Shown: one piece after another, positions 50,984 through 60,082 of the stretch
Layout of the letters: each line of letters starts with the position of its first letter
Position numbering within the stretch: the first letter of the stretch is position 1
Assembly: GCA_040902205.1 (NCBI GenBank)
Contig: JBBDXR010000014.1
Coordinates: 52,166-116,165, forward strand
DNA length: 64,000 nt
Direction of reading: 5' to 3'
Origin: Anaerolineales bacterium
GTDB taxonomy: Bacteria > Chloroflexota > Anaerolineae > Anaerolineales > UBA11579
Made by a program: the position numbers and the translations under genes
The notes under the pieces: model-generated
Seen by the model: only the letters and a program-made list of their open reading frames with translations
Told to the model about the DNA's origin: nothing
The model's database searches: none

Positions 50984-52690
50984 TCAGAATTCTCCCACGT
51001 CGGCGACGCGCAGCTTCTCGATGGCCAGCATGCCGCCGCCGGTGACCAGCATCAGGATGGTGCTCAGAGCCAGGGCCTGCCCGTAGGTGAGCGCGCCCGG
51101 CTGCGATAGCAGCCGGTAGATCAGCACTGGGATCGTCGGATATTCCGGACGAGCAATGAGCGCGGTGGCGCCGAACTCACCGATCGAGATGGCGAAGGCG
51201 AACATGGCCGATACCAAGACGGCACGGCCCACCAAAGGCAAATCGATGTGGCGTAAGACCTGCCCCGGTGCAGCGCCCAATACCACGGCCGCCTGGCGCA
51301 GGCGCGGGCGGATGCTGCGCAAGGCCGGCGCCAGGCTGCGCACGACGAAGGGCAGCGCCACCAGGGTATGCGCCAGCGGGACGAGGACCGGCGAAGCGCG
51401 CAGGTCGAGCGGCGGCGCATTGAGAGCCACGATAAAGCCGAGGCCCAAGGTGACCGCCGAAGTGCCCAAAGGCAGCATGAGCAGCGGGTCGAGCAGACGG
51501 CTTAGCAGGGCGCGCTCGTTGCGCGCCAGGGCCCACGCCGCAGGCAGGCCGATGGCCAAAGCCAAGGCAACCGTAGCGGCCGCATAGACAAGCGAGGTGC
51601 CGATGGCGTTCTGAGGACTGGCAAAGAATATGTTGCCGCGCGGGTCCTCGCCCAGAGCGCGGTAATAGTCCAGGGTAAGGCCGGGTTCAACGGTGGTTTG
51701 GCCGCGTTCCGGACCCACGCGGGAGACCGAGCGGAGCGCAAGGCCGCCAAGTGGGGCAAGAAAGAACAAAGCCAGCAGGACCAGGAAACCGCCGGCCAGC
51801 ACGCGATTACGCCGCGACGTAATTGGCCGCGCCGTTACCTGCGGGGCGCGCAGCTCCTGTGGATGCGAGAGTCGCGCGGAGAGGCGTGTGTAGATGATGG
51901 TCAGCGCCAACGTGCACAGCAACTGGATGAGGGCTAACACCGCCGCGGTGGGCAAGTTGAAAAGCGCTACAGTCTGGTAATAGATCTCGGTTTCTAATGT
52001 GGCGAAACGCGGACCGCCTAGAACGAGGATCACGCCGAAAGAAGTGAAATCGAAGATGAAGACCAGCAGCGCAGCCGCCGAAAGCGCCGGGGCGATCATG
52101 GGCAGCGTGACCTGGCGGAAGGTCTGCCAGGCGTTGGCGCCGAGGCTGCGAGCGGCCTGCTCGATGCGCGGGCTCAAGCGCGCCCAATAGTCGCCCACCA
52201 AACGCAGCACGATGGTGGTGTTGTAGAAGACGTGAGCGATGAGGATTGCGCCGAAGGTGTTCACGAAATGGATGGGCGGGCTTTCCAAGGCGAACAAGGC
52301 CATGGCCGCCTGGTTCACCCAGCCGCGCGGACCTAACAATGCATCGAAGGCGGCCGCCACCACCAGAGTCGGCAATACGAAGGGCACGCCGCTGAGGGCG
52401 CGCAGCAGACTCTTGCCTGGGAAACGATAGCGCGCCAGAAGATAGGCGGCGGGCAAACCCACCGCCAGGGTCAGCAGCGTTGAAAGCGCCGCTTGCCAAA
52501 AGGTGAAACCGACCACGCCGCGCAGTGACTCGTTGGCTAAGACGGCTGCGACGGGCTGCAGGAAACCATCGCCGCGGGCGAAGCTGAACCCCAGGATGCT
52601 GGCCAGCGGATAGAAATAGAAGAGCGCCAGGAAAACCAGGGGCAGCAGCCAAAGCGCAGGCAGCAGCCACTTACTGCGCGAATTACTCAA
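50984..52690 (-). CDS. thiP: Thiamine ABC transporter permease
   Basis: Duplicated EAA-loop permease, FTFWQAALST; TPP operon context. Confidence 0.85.
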   Translation of the reverse strand: MSNSRSKWLLPALWLLPLVFLALFYFYPLASILGFSFARGDGFLQPVAAVLANESLRGVVGFTFWQAALSTLLTLAVGLPAAYLLARYRFPGKSLLRALSGVPFVLPTLVVAAAFDALLGPRGWVNQAAMALFALESPPIHFVNTFGAILIAHVFYNTTIVLRLVGDYWARLSPRIEQAARSLGANAWQTFRQVTLPMIAPALSAAALLVFIFDFTSFGVILVLGGPRFATLETEIYYQTVALFNLPTAAVLALIQLLCTLALTIIYTRLSARLSHPQELRAPQVTARPITSRRNRVLAGGFLVLLALFFLAPLGGLALRSVSRVGPERGQTTVEPGLTLDYYRALGEDPRGNIFFASPQNAIGTSLVYAAATVALALAIGLPAAWALARNERALLSRLLDPLLMLPLGTSAVTLGLGFIVALNAPPLDLRASPVLVPLAHTLVALPFVVRSLAPALRSIRPRLRQAAVVLGAAPGQVLRHIDLPLVGRAVLVSAMFAFAISIGEFGATALIARPEYPTIPVLIYRLLSQPGALTYGQALALSTILMLVTGGGMLAIEKLRVADVGEF

Positions 52691-53159
52691 AGATCCACCG
52701 GGTGGCGCTCTCTGGGAAATCCTTTTCACGCCAGGCGAAAGCGCGATCCGGTTTCAATCTAAAAATGATCCCCGGCCCTTGCATGGGCAGGCCATATTTC
52801 TCCTTGTAGGCTTTATCCAGCGCTTTGAGCAGGGCCTTGTCGCTCACGTTTTCAACTTGCCCTTCGAACATCACTGCTTCATCGCCGCTTTCCGAATGCA
52901 CGCTTACCAGCGGCCTGGCCGCCAGGTTGCGTCCCTTGCGCGAATTTGACCCGGTGCTGAAGTAGAAAGCGCCGTCGTGCCATAAGCCCCACACCGGGGC
53001 GGCGTGCGGCCTGCCATCCGGAGTGACCGTGCCGATCCAATAATTGTGCGCCTTGGCCATGCGCTCTTCCACGAAGGACCAGGGCAGCAGGCCGGCGCCT
53101 TCTTTCTCACCCACAATGCCGTAGCCCGGCATGTCAGGTCGAGAGACTATAGGTTCCAT
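52683..53159 (-). CDS. Pyridoxamine 5'-phosphate oxidase family (split-barrel) protein
   Basis: YWIGTVTPDGRPHAAPVWG, SRKGRNL. Confidence 0.85.
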   Translation of the reverse strand: MEPIVSRPDMPGYGIVGEKEGAGLLPWSFVEERMAKAHNYWIGTVTPDGRPHAAPVWGLWHDGAFYFSTGSNSRKGRNLAARPLVSVHSESGDEAVMFEGQVENVSDKALLKALDKAYKEKYGLPMQGPGIIFRLKPDRAFAWREKDFPESATRWIFE

Positions 53160-53235
53160 AGTTATTGCCTCCACAGAAGCGAATTTAAGAACGCGTCCCG
53201 CCTTCCAGCGAGGTCGCTGAAAACAGGAGGGGTGA

Positions 53236-53298
53236 AGGGATTCCTCGTCGGGCAGCGCCGCTAAAGGCGGCGCTAAACGCCCTCGCTCGGAATGACAA
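53236..53298. repeat. 63-bp structured dispersed repeat, copy 2
   Basis: 59/63 identical to 47910-47972. Confidence 0.88.
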
Positions 53299-53309
53299 GC
53301 AGAGGAACG

Positions 53310-54371
53310 TTATCTCAACACCGTATCGGTCCAGGCCTGGATCCACTCTTCGCGGTGCGCGGCAATGTCCGCCGAACTCACAAAGGAGGTGACCTGCGGC
53401 TCGACCAGGAAGTTCACGAACTCCGCCTGCAATTGGGCGTTGGGATTCACCGGGAAGACGAACATTTGCAGCGGCAGGTCTTCCTGGAAGGCAGTGGACA
53501 GCATGAAATCCACCCAGGCCTCGGCCAGATCGCGGTTCGGCGTGCCTTCTAGGATGCCGACGAACTCGATCTGGCGGAAGCAGGAGCCGTCGGAAGCTAC
53601 GGCGGCCGTCACCGGGGCGTCCATCGGCTTCTCAGCAAAGATCAGATCGACGGGCGGGCTGGAAGCATAGGAGACCACGATGGGCCGCTCCCCGCCCCAG
53701 CGGCTGAACTCGGTGTAGAAGGCAGTCTCCCAATCGTTGACTACCTTCACATCGTTGGCTACCAAACCTTCCCAGTAAGCCAGGTAAGCATCCTCGCCGA
53801 AATGGCCGATGGTGGCGAAGAGGAACGCCAACCCAGGCGAAGAAACGGCCGGGTTCTCGACGACCAGCAGGCTGGCATATTCAGGCTCAAGCAGATCTTC
53901 CAGATTCGCCGGCGGAGCCAGATCGTTGTCGTCGAAATAGGCGATGTCGTAATTCAAGCACACATCGCCATAATCCACCGGCAAGGCGCGGTGTGCGGCA
54001 TCCAGCTCGAACTCATCGGGGATCTCGGCGAGCATAGGCGACTCATACGGCTCGAAAATATTTCCCTCCAGGGCACGGCTCAAAAAAGTGTTGTCCACAC
54101 CGTAGAAGACATCCGCAAAGGGCGCCTCGGCGGCAATGATGGCTTTATTGGTGGCTTCGCCAGCGTCCCCCGATTTGAGGAATACCACCTGCGCATTGTG
54201 CTCGGCCTCGAAGGCCGCCGCTACTTCCTCAGATACGGCGAAGGAATCATGCGTCATCACCGTGAGCGTGCGCGGGCCTGCGTCCGCGGCGGTTGAAGTG
54301 ACCGCGGCCGGCCGGCAGGCGGCCAGGGCGAACAAGAAAACAACTAGTAGGATCTTTGCAATGGCTTTCAT
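53310..54371 (-). CDS. thiB: Thiamine ABC transporter substrate-binding lipoprotein
   Basis: LTVMTHDSF, GVDNTF, SSPGLAFL, VVSYASSP, CFRQIEF. Confidence 0.92.
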   Translation of the reverse strand: MKAIAKILLVVFLFALAACRPAAVTSTAADAGPRTLTVMTHDSFAVSEEVAAAFEAEHNAQVVFLKSGDAGEATNKAIIAAEAPFADVFYGVDNTFLSRALEGNIFEPYESPMLAEIPDEFELDAAHRALPVDYGDVCLNYDIAYFDDNDLAPPANLEDLLEPEYASLLVVENPAVSSPGLAFLFATIGHFGEDAYLAYWEGLVANDVKVVNDWETAFYTEFSRWGGERPIVVSYASSPPVDLIFAEKPMDAPVTAAVASDGSCFRQIEFVGILEGTPNRDLAEAWVDFMLSTAFQEDLPLQMFVFPVNPNAQLQAEFVNFLVEPQVTSFVSSADIAAHREEWIQAWTDTVLR

Positions 54372-54386
54372 GGCAACTCCTTACCT

Positions 54387-55028
54387 CTAATCAGTGGGTG
54401 GTGAAATTACACACAGCAAACAGCCTTCTTTTAGCTCGACCGCGGCGTCTTCGGCGAGAACAACGTTGCTCACCCCGCGGCTGGACCCGAAAGTGAGAGT
54501 CTCGTTGGCAAGCGGGAACTTAAGGCCGCGAGTGGAGACTCCTTTGGCGTCGCCGCCAAGCGAAAGCAACGACACGCGCTCGCCGACGCGCGCCGCCAAG
54601 GGGCTGCCTTGGCGGATGACAAAGAGGCGCTGCTCACCCTGCAGGAAGAGGATGCGCCGATCAGAGAATTGCGCGTGCGCCGCCAGCAAGAGGTTAGCGA
54701 CGCTGTGGTCCCAGCGATGGCCCAGGCCGGCGAGCACAACGATCTGCTGAGCCCCTGCATCTTTGGCATGCAGCAAAGCCAACTCGAGGTCGGTCTGGTC
54801 TTTGTCAGCAGGGTGAGTGAGGATGAGCGCGCCTTGGCGCTCGAAATCGGCGCGCAGCTTGGCGTCCAATGAATCCAGATCGCCGATGATCACCTGCGGC
54901 AGGATGCCGAGCGCCCGGCAATGCCGGGCGCCGCCGTCCGCGGCGATGATCAGGTCAGCCGAGGCAAGGCGCTTGTCCAGGTCTCTTGGCGGATCCAGTT
55001 CCCCATTGGCGACGATCAGTGCCTGCAA
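54387..55028 (-). CDS. thiN: Thiamine diphosphokinase
   Basis: AADGG, IGDLDS, KDQTDLELAL, RWDHSVAN, SRGVSN; TTG start after GGAGG. Confidence 0.9.
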   Translation of the reverse strand: MQALIVANGELDPPRDLDKRLASADLIIAADGGARHCRALGILPQVIIGDLDSLDAKLRADFERQGALILTHPADKDQTDLELALLHAKDAGAQQIVVLAGLGHRWDHSVANLLLAAHAQFSDRRILFLQGEQRLFVIRQGSPLAARVGERVSLLSLGGDAKGVSTRGLKFPLANETLTFGSSRGVSNVVLAEDAAVELKEGCLLCVISPPTD

Positions 55029-55074
55029 AACAAAACCTCCGCTGGGTTGCCGGAGGTTGGACGAGACAGTTTCA

Positions 55075-55236
55075 GCGATCCCTCCGCCGGCATTACCCGG
55101 ATCAGGTATCCCAAGGTTGGCGGCCCGCTGTGCGGGCTGACAAACTTGGGTACGGGTCGCAGGCCACAGCCTGCCTCTCAGCAACGCGATTGCTTGTTGG
55201 CGCTAGCCAACCGGCAAAATCGCACGCTCCCCGTGC
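55075..55236 (-). promoter_or_regulatory. TPP riboswitch with an extra inserted helix
   Basis: GGGGAGC...GCTGAGAG...GACCCGT...ACCTGATCCGGGTAATGCCGGCGGAGGGA upstream of thiamine genes. A downstream hairpin (55034-55058 region) sequesters GGAGG. Confidence 0.9.
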
Positions 55237-55261
55237 ATTGAATTTAGGAGATCAGTATACC

Positions 55262-55942
55262 TTATTGAAGTTTCTTTCCATAATTGTGGGTGTAATAGTC
55301 GCACAAGTCCTTCAGCGGACATTCTGGACAGCGCGGTTTGCGCGCCACGCAGATCTCGCGGCCGAGTCGGATGATATTCAGGTGCGCGGCGTAATAGCTT
55401 TCCGGTGGGAATAGATCCTCGAAATAATCGTGCGCCTTTTCTACGTTCATCGACGCTGGCCGCAGGCCGATGCGGCCGGTAACGCGGTAGATGTGCGTGT
55501 CCACCGGGAAAGCGGGTTTATCCAGGGAGAATTGCAGCACGATGGCCGCCGTCTTTGGCCCCACGCCTTTGAACTGGCGCAGCCAGGTTTTGGCTTCGGG
55601 GGCAGATAGCTCGCGCAGAAAGTCCAGGGAGAGCTCGCCGCGCGCTTTGGTGATGGAACGCAGCGCGGCCTGGATGCGCGGCGCCTTTTGGTTGGCAAGG
55701 CCGGCGGTGCGGATGGCGGCTTTGACCTGGCGCAGGGGTGCATCGCGCACCGCCTCCCAGGTGGGGAAGCGCTCCTTGAGCGCGTTGAAGGCCACATCGC
55801 GATTGGTGTCGTTCGTATTCTGCGAAAGGATGGTGGAAACGAGTTCATCCAGCGGGGGCAAAGGATTGCGCCAGGTGGGGTGCCCGTAGAAATCCAGCAA
55901 GCGTTGGTGCACGGCGCGGGCGCGCTTGGCCTGGTCTTTCAT
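55262..55942 (-). CDS. nth: Endonuclease III family DNA glycosylase
   Basis: LSQNT, HhH GVGPKTA, FPVDTH, CVARKPRCPECPLKDLC Fe-S motif. Confidence 0.88.
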   Translation of the reverse strand: MKDQAKRARAVHQRLLDFYGHPTWRNPLPPLDELVSTILSQNTNDTNRDVAFNALKERFPTWEAVRDAPLRQVKAAIRTAGLANQKAPRIQAALRSITKARGELSLDFLRELSAPEAKTWLRQFKGVGPKTAAIVLQFSLDKPAFPVDTHIYRVTGRIGLRPASMNVEKAHDYFEDLFPPESYYAAHLNIIRLGREICVARKPRCPECPLKDLCDYYTHNYGKKLQ

Positions 55943-56988
55943 CACAGATCCAATGTGAACACAGGCTGCCCGCGGCCCACCTGGAGGCCGCGCCAATTGG
56001 TGAGTTGGCGCTCGGGCCCGATCTCGGAAAGCTGCGCAAACTCGCCTGCGGAGATAGCACCTAACTGCCGCAGTACCTCAATGGAGACTGCGTGGCTCAC
56101 CCAGCGGCGCGCATCGCCATCGGCGATCTTGATGGCGATGCCCAAGGCGGGAGAACCGGCCTTCAGTGCGCCCGGGGCCAGGCCGAGGGCTTGAAATCCC
56201 TCGGCGCCGCCCTTGGAAAGCAGCCGCCCGCCGGTGGCGCCCATCAGCACGGTGTCGAAGCGCCCGGGGCCGCCCACCAGATCGGGGTGCGCCAGCATGG
56301 CAGCGCGCACCTGGCCGCAGGCAGCCTGCATGGCCGCGGGTAACCCAGCCGGATCCATCAGTTGAGCGTAAGCACGCGCGGTGTTAAAAAGCGGCGCGGC
56401 CCAATTGGGGGCCGAGCAACCGTCGGTCCCTAAAGCCAGTTCGGAGACAGGCAGCTCGGCCAACTGGGAAAAGCACGCCAGGATCTCTTGCTGCAATGGA
56501 TGCTGTCGATCGAGGTAGGAATCCAAGGGCCAGCCGCGCAAGAGGGCGCAGGCCAGCATGCCGGTGTGCTTACCGGAACAATTGTTGCGATTGGGGGTGG
56601 CCGCCTCTCCCCTCTTCTCCATGGCTTGTGCGGTGGGCAGGTGATGCGGCGAATGAATACCGCACTGCAATTGATCTTCTGCAATACCTATCTTCGCCTG
56701 CAACGCAGAGATCAGCGCGACCTGAGCGTCGGTGCCGGAATGCGAAGCGCAGATGATGGCTAGCTCCTGCATCGACAGGTCGTAATGTTTGATGCCGCCG
56801 GCGAGCACCAAGGGCAGCGCCTGGAATGGTTTGGCGGAAGAGCGCAGGAAGGCTGACAAGCGTGAGTCGCCGAAGGCAGCCACGAGTTGGCCCGCCGCGT
56901 TGACTACAACCAGCGCGCCGTAATGCAGGGACTCCGGGTGGCCTCCCCGGCTCAACTCAAAGACAGGTTGGTAAGCCGAGGCAGGCAT
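55942..56988 (-). CDS. L-asparaginase II (class 3, Rhizobium-type)
   Basis: RSSAKPFQ, ASHSG, NNCSGKH, DGCS, SKGGAEG. Confidence 0.9.
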   Translation of the reverse strand: MPASAYQPVFELSRGGHPESLHYGALVVVNAAGQLVAAFGDSRLSAFLRSSAKPFQALPLVLAGGIKHYDLSMQELAIICASHSGTDAQVALISALQAKIGIAEDQLQCGIHSPHHLPTAQAMEKRGEAATPNRNNCSGKHTGMLACALLRGWPLDSYLDRQHPLQQEILACFSQLAELPVSELALGTDGCSAPNWAAPLFNTARAYAQLMDPAGLPAAMQAACGQVRAAMLAHPDLVGGPGRFDTVLMGATGGRLLSKGGAEGFQALGLAPGALKAGSPALGIAIKIADGDARRWVSHAVSIEVLRQLGAISAGEFAQLSEIGPERQLTNWRGLQVGRGQPVFTLDL

Positions 56989-56996
56989 GGGCGGAC

Positions 56997-57857
56997 TTAA
57001 TAGTTGTTCTGGGATTTGCCGGCGGGCAGGTAATGGCGCGCAAAGTAGGACTGCATGCCGTGCCGCAGACGCTGCATATAGAAAGCCTGGCGTTTTGCGG
57101 AGGCCTTATATTTTTTGGCCAGCTTGGCCGCCAGTTTTTCGATCTCGGTCGAGGCCGATTTTTTCCTGGCCAGGCGCTTCAGGCGTTTTTCAACATCCAT
57201 CAGCAGACGGCGCAGGCTAGCCAGGTCTTTACGCTCTGCTTTGCCGCCGCGGCCGGCTATCACGGTGAAATCGCGATATTCCCGCGAAGCCAGTAGGTCA
57301 AGTTGCTCAACCCAGGTGGGGATGTCCGCCAGGGCGAAGAAGGGTGGTTCGCCAATTACAACCGCGTCGCCTGCGAAAACGACCCGTTGCCTGGGGGCCA
57401 CAAGCCAGCAGGCATCCGGGCTGGAGCCAGGATGGTGTTCCAAGCGCAGCTCATCGCTGTCGAAATTCAGGGAAACGTGATCCGTGAAGGTGATGCGCGG
57501 CAGGATCCAGTGCAGGCCGCTTAGGCCGGGAGTTTCTTCCCATTCGGCGCCACTTTCCTGTTTGAGCGCTTTGAAGATAGCGGCGCGGCGGCGGATCTGG
57601 CGCACCACTTCATGGTGGGCGAGCACCTGGGCATCCAGCGTCTGTGCGCCCAGAGTGCGGTCCGGGTGCGAGTCGAGGAAGATCGCCAACCGGCGCTTGG
57701 GAGCGCCGGCCTTGTGCAGGCCGGCCAGCCAGGCGCGCCCGTCTTCCGGTTTTAGCGGCGCGTCGATCAGCAGGGTCTGGTCAGAAAAGATGAGCGCGCC
57801 CACCGTGGCACCGGGATAACCGTTCTCGAAATAGATGGAAGCCTTTACCTTTTTCAT
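56997..57857 (-). CDS. MBL-fold protein with a degenerate metal site
   Basis: LLIDAP, DSHPDR in place of HxHxDH, VFAGD; ATGA overlap with the kinase gene. Confidence 0.72.
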   Translation of the reverse strand: MKKVKASIYFENGYPGATVGALIFSDQTLLIDAPLKPEDGRAWLAGLHKAGAPKRRLAIFLDSHPDRTLGAQTLDAQVLAHHEVVRQIRRRAAIFKALKQESGAEWEETPGLSGLHWILPRITFTDHVSLNFDSDELRLEHHPGSSPDACWLVAPRQRVVFAGDAVVIGEPPFFALADIPTWVEQLDLLASREYRDFTVIAGRGGKAERKDLASLRRLLMDVEKRLKRLARKKSASTEIEKLAAKLAKKYKASAKRQAFYMQRLRHGMQSYFARHYLPAGKSQNNY

Positions 57858-59971
57858 TTTAGTTGAGCGGTGCGCGCAATAGGAATGGTGAAAGCGAAGC
57901 GAGAGCCTTTGCCCACTTCGCTCTCCACCCAGATGGTGCCGCCATGTCCCTCGACGGCCAATTTGCAGTAAGCCAGCCCCAGGCCTAGGCCCTTGGTCTT
58001 CCCCGTAGCGCCGATCTGGACACGGGCGAATTTTTCGAAGATGCGCTGCTGGTCGGCTTTGGGAATGCCGCGTGCCTGGTCCTGCACCCACATCTCCACA
58101 TAATCACCGGCGCGCTTGGCGCCTACCGTGACCAGCATGCCTTCAGTGGAGTACTTAATGGCGTTCTCGATCAGATTGATCAGAACGCGGCGGATCATTT
58201 CGCTATCCGCCATCACCTTGGGCAGGCCTTTGGGCACGGCGGCTTCCAGCTTGACCTCTTTGCCCTGGGCAGAAGGCGCTACCGCATCCAGAGCGGATTG
58301 CACAAGCTCGGACACCGGGTTCGGTTCGGGGCGGCCGAGCCGCTGCCCGGACTCCATGCGCGAGGTGTCCAGCAGGGAATTGACCAGGCGTTGCACGCGT
58401 TCTGTGGAACGCATGGCGATGTCGAGCACCGAGCGGACGGTAGGGTCCTCGTTGGCGGGCAGCATCATCTCGAGCACATCCAGCCCTGAGACGACATTGG
58501 CCAGCGGGGAGCGCAGGTCGTGGTAGATCATCGAAGCCAGGTCTTCGCGCAAGGTATCCAGTTTGGTGCGCTCGGTAATGTCGCGCAGGATCCATTGCAG
58601 CTGCTCGGCGCCATCCACCCTGATGCGGTGCACGTACACCTCGATGTTGATCTGGTCCTCGCCTTTCCCCTGCAAGACTGTTTCATACGAAACTGTCTTG
58701 CCTTCCTTGAGGTTGGCCATGTCTTTGCCAAGCGCCTTGTAATCAGCTTGATGGAAATGGTGCACGCTCATTTGCTGCAGCGTTTGTTTATCGAAGCCGA
58801 TGAGCAGTTCCGCCTGGCGGTTCGCTTCGACGATCTTGCCGACCAGATCCGTGATGAGGATGGGGTCGATGCTGTCCTGGAACAATTCCTGATAGCGGCT
58901 GCGGGCTGCCTGCATCTGCTCGAACAGCTGGGCATGTTCGATGGCGGTGCCGGCCAGATTACCAATGCCTTCCAGCACAGGCAGATCCTCCGCGTCGAAA
59001 GTACCCGCCAAAGGGTTGAGCGCCTCCAGAACGCCGATGACTTTATTCTTGGCGCGGATAGGCGCGCCGGCCACGGCGCGGGTCTTGAACCCGGTGGCTT
59101 CATCCACTTTGGTGAAGAAGCGCGCATCCGCAGCGGCGTCCCGGACGATAATGCCTTCCCCTTTTTGCGCCACCCAACCCACGATCCCCTGACCGAGGCC
59201 GACGCGCAGACCGATGATCTTCTTGCTGTGCGGGCCGGTTGCCGCGCGGAAGACCAGCTCTTTGCCGCCCGGTTCCACCAGGGCAAGCGACACTGCTTCG
59301 ACTTCCAGGGCGCTCGTGGTCTGTTCCAAAATGGTCTGCAGGACTTCGTCGAGCTGCAAGCTGGCGCCGATGGCGCGGGCGCTGTCGGCGATGGCGGTCA
59401 TAATGGCGGCGCGGCGCTGGGTTTCGGCGTAATAGCGGGCATTCAGCACGGCGAAGCCGGCCTGGTCGGAGATGGTCTGCACCAGGTTGAGGTGCTCTTC
59501 GGTAAAGAAGCCGGGTTCGGGGTGGGTAAGCGTCATCACGCCCACCAGTTTGTCACGCACGATGAGCGGAGCGCTGACCACGGATTTCGGGCCAGCCTTG
59601 ACCCCGTCGGCGCGGGTGGGGCGCTGCCAGCGTTTGTCCTGGATGGTATCGGGGATCAGCACCGCCTGGCGGTGCTGGCGTACCCAGCCGGCCAGGCCCT
59701 GCTCCAGTGTGAATTTGAGCTGTTCGGTGGCTTCCTGGATGACCTTGTCTTTGAGGACAATGATCGAATCGATGGGTTGCCCGCGATCATCCAGAACGAT
59801 TATGCTGCCGCTACTGTTGCTGCCGCTAACGTTCTCGAGGGAAAGCTTAAGGACCCGCTCCAAGACGGCGCGCAATTCCAGCGCGGCGGCCAGCTCGCGG
59901 CTGATGTGGTACAGCAGGTCAAGGGAGGCTTGAGTGCGCCCGCCTTCCCTTGTCGCAGGGGTCGCCGTCAT
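57854..59971 (-). CDS. Cytoplasmic GAF-GAF-PAS sensor histidine kinase
   Basis: H-box YHDLRSPL, NLIENAIKYS, GLGLGL, GSRFAF. Confidence 0.92.
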   Translation of the reverse strand: MTATPATREGGRTQASLDLLYHISRELAAALELRAVLERVLKLSLENVSGSNSSGSIIVLDDRGQPIDSIIVLKDKVIQEATEQLKFTLEQGLAGWVRQHRQAVLIPDTIQDKRWQRPTRADGVKAGPKSVVSAPLIVRDKLVGVMTLTHPEPGFFTEEHLNLVQTISDQAGFAVLNARYYAETQRRAAIMTAIADSARAIGASLQLDEVLQTILEQTTSALEVEAVSLALVEPGGKELVFRAATGPHSKKIIGLRVGLGQGIVGWVAQKGEGIIVRDAAADARFFTKVDEATGFKTRAVAGAPIRAKNKVIGVLEALNPLAGTFDAEDLPVLEGIGNLAGTAIEHAQLFEQMQAARSRYQELFQDSIDPILITDLVGKIVEANRQAELLIGFDKQTLQQMSVHHFHQADYKALGKDMANLKEGKTVSYETVLQGKGEDQINIEVYVHRIRVDGAEQLQWILRDITERTKLDTLREDLASMIYHDLRSPLANVVSGLDVLEMMLPANEDPTVRSVLDIAMRSTERVQRLVNSLLDTSRMESGQRLGRPEPNPVSELVQSALDAVAPSAQGKEVKLEAAVPKGLPKVMADSEMIRRVLINLIENAIKYSTEGMLVTVGAKRAGDYVEMWVQDQARGIPKADQQRIFEKFARVQIGATGKTKGLGLGLAYCKLAVEGHGGTIWVESEVGKGSRFAFTIPIARTAQLK

Positions 59972-60082
59972 TCTATGAGCGCAGGCGCCTGGCAGAGAAA
60001 GCAGCGGCGCTCAAGCGAGTATAGCATGGGCTTTTGCGGGCAGGCATTCATGGGGCGCGTAATCGAGCAGGGCTAGTAGCGT

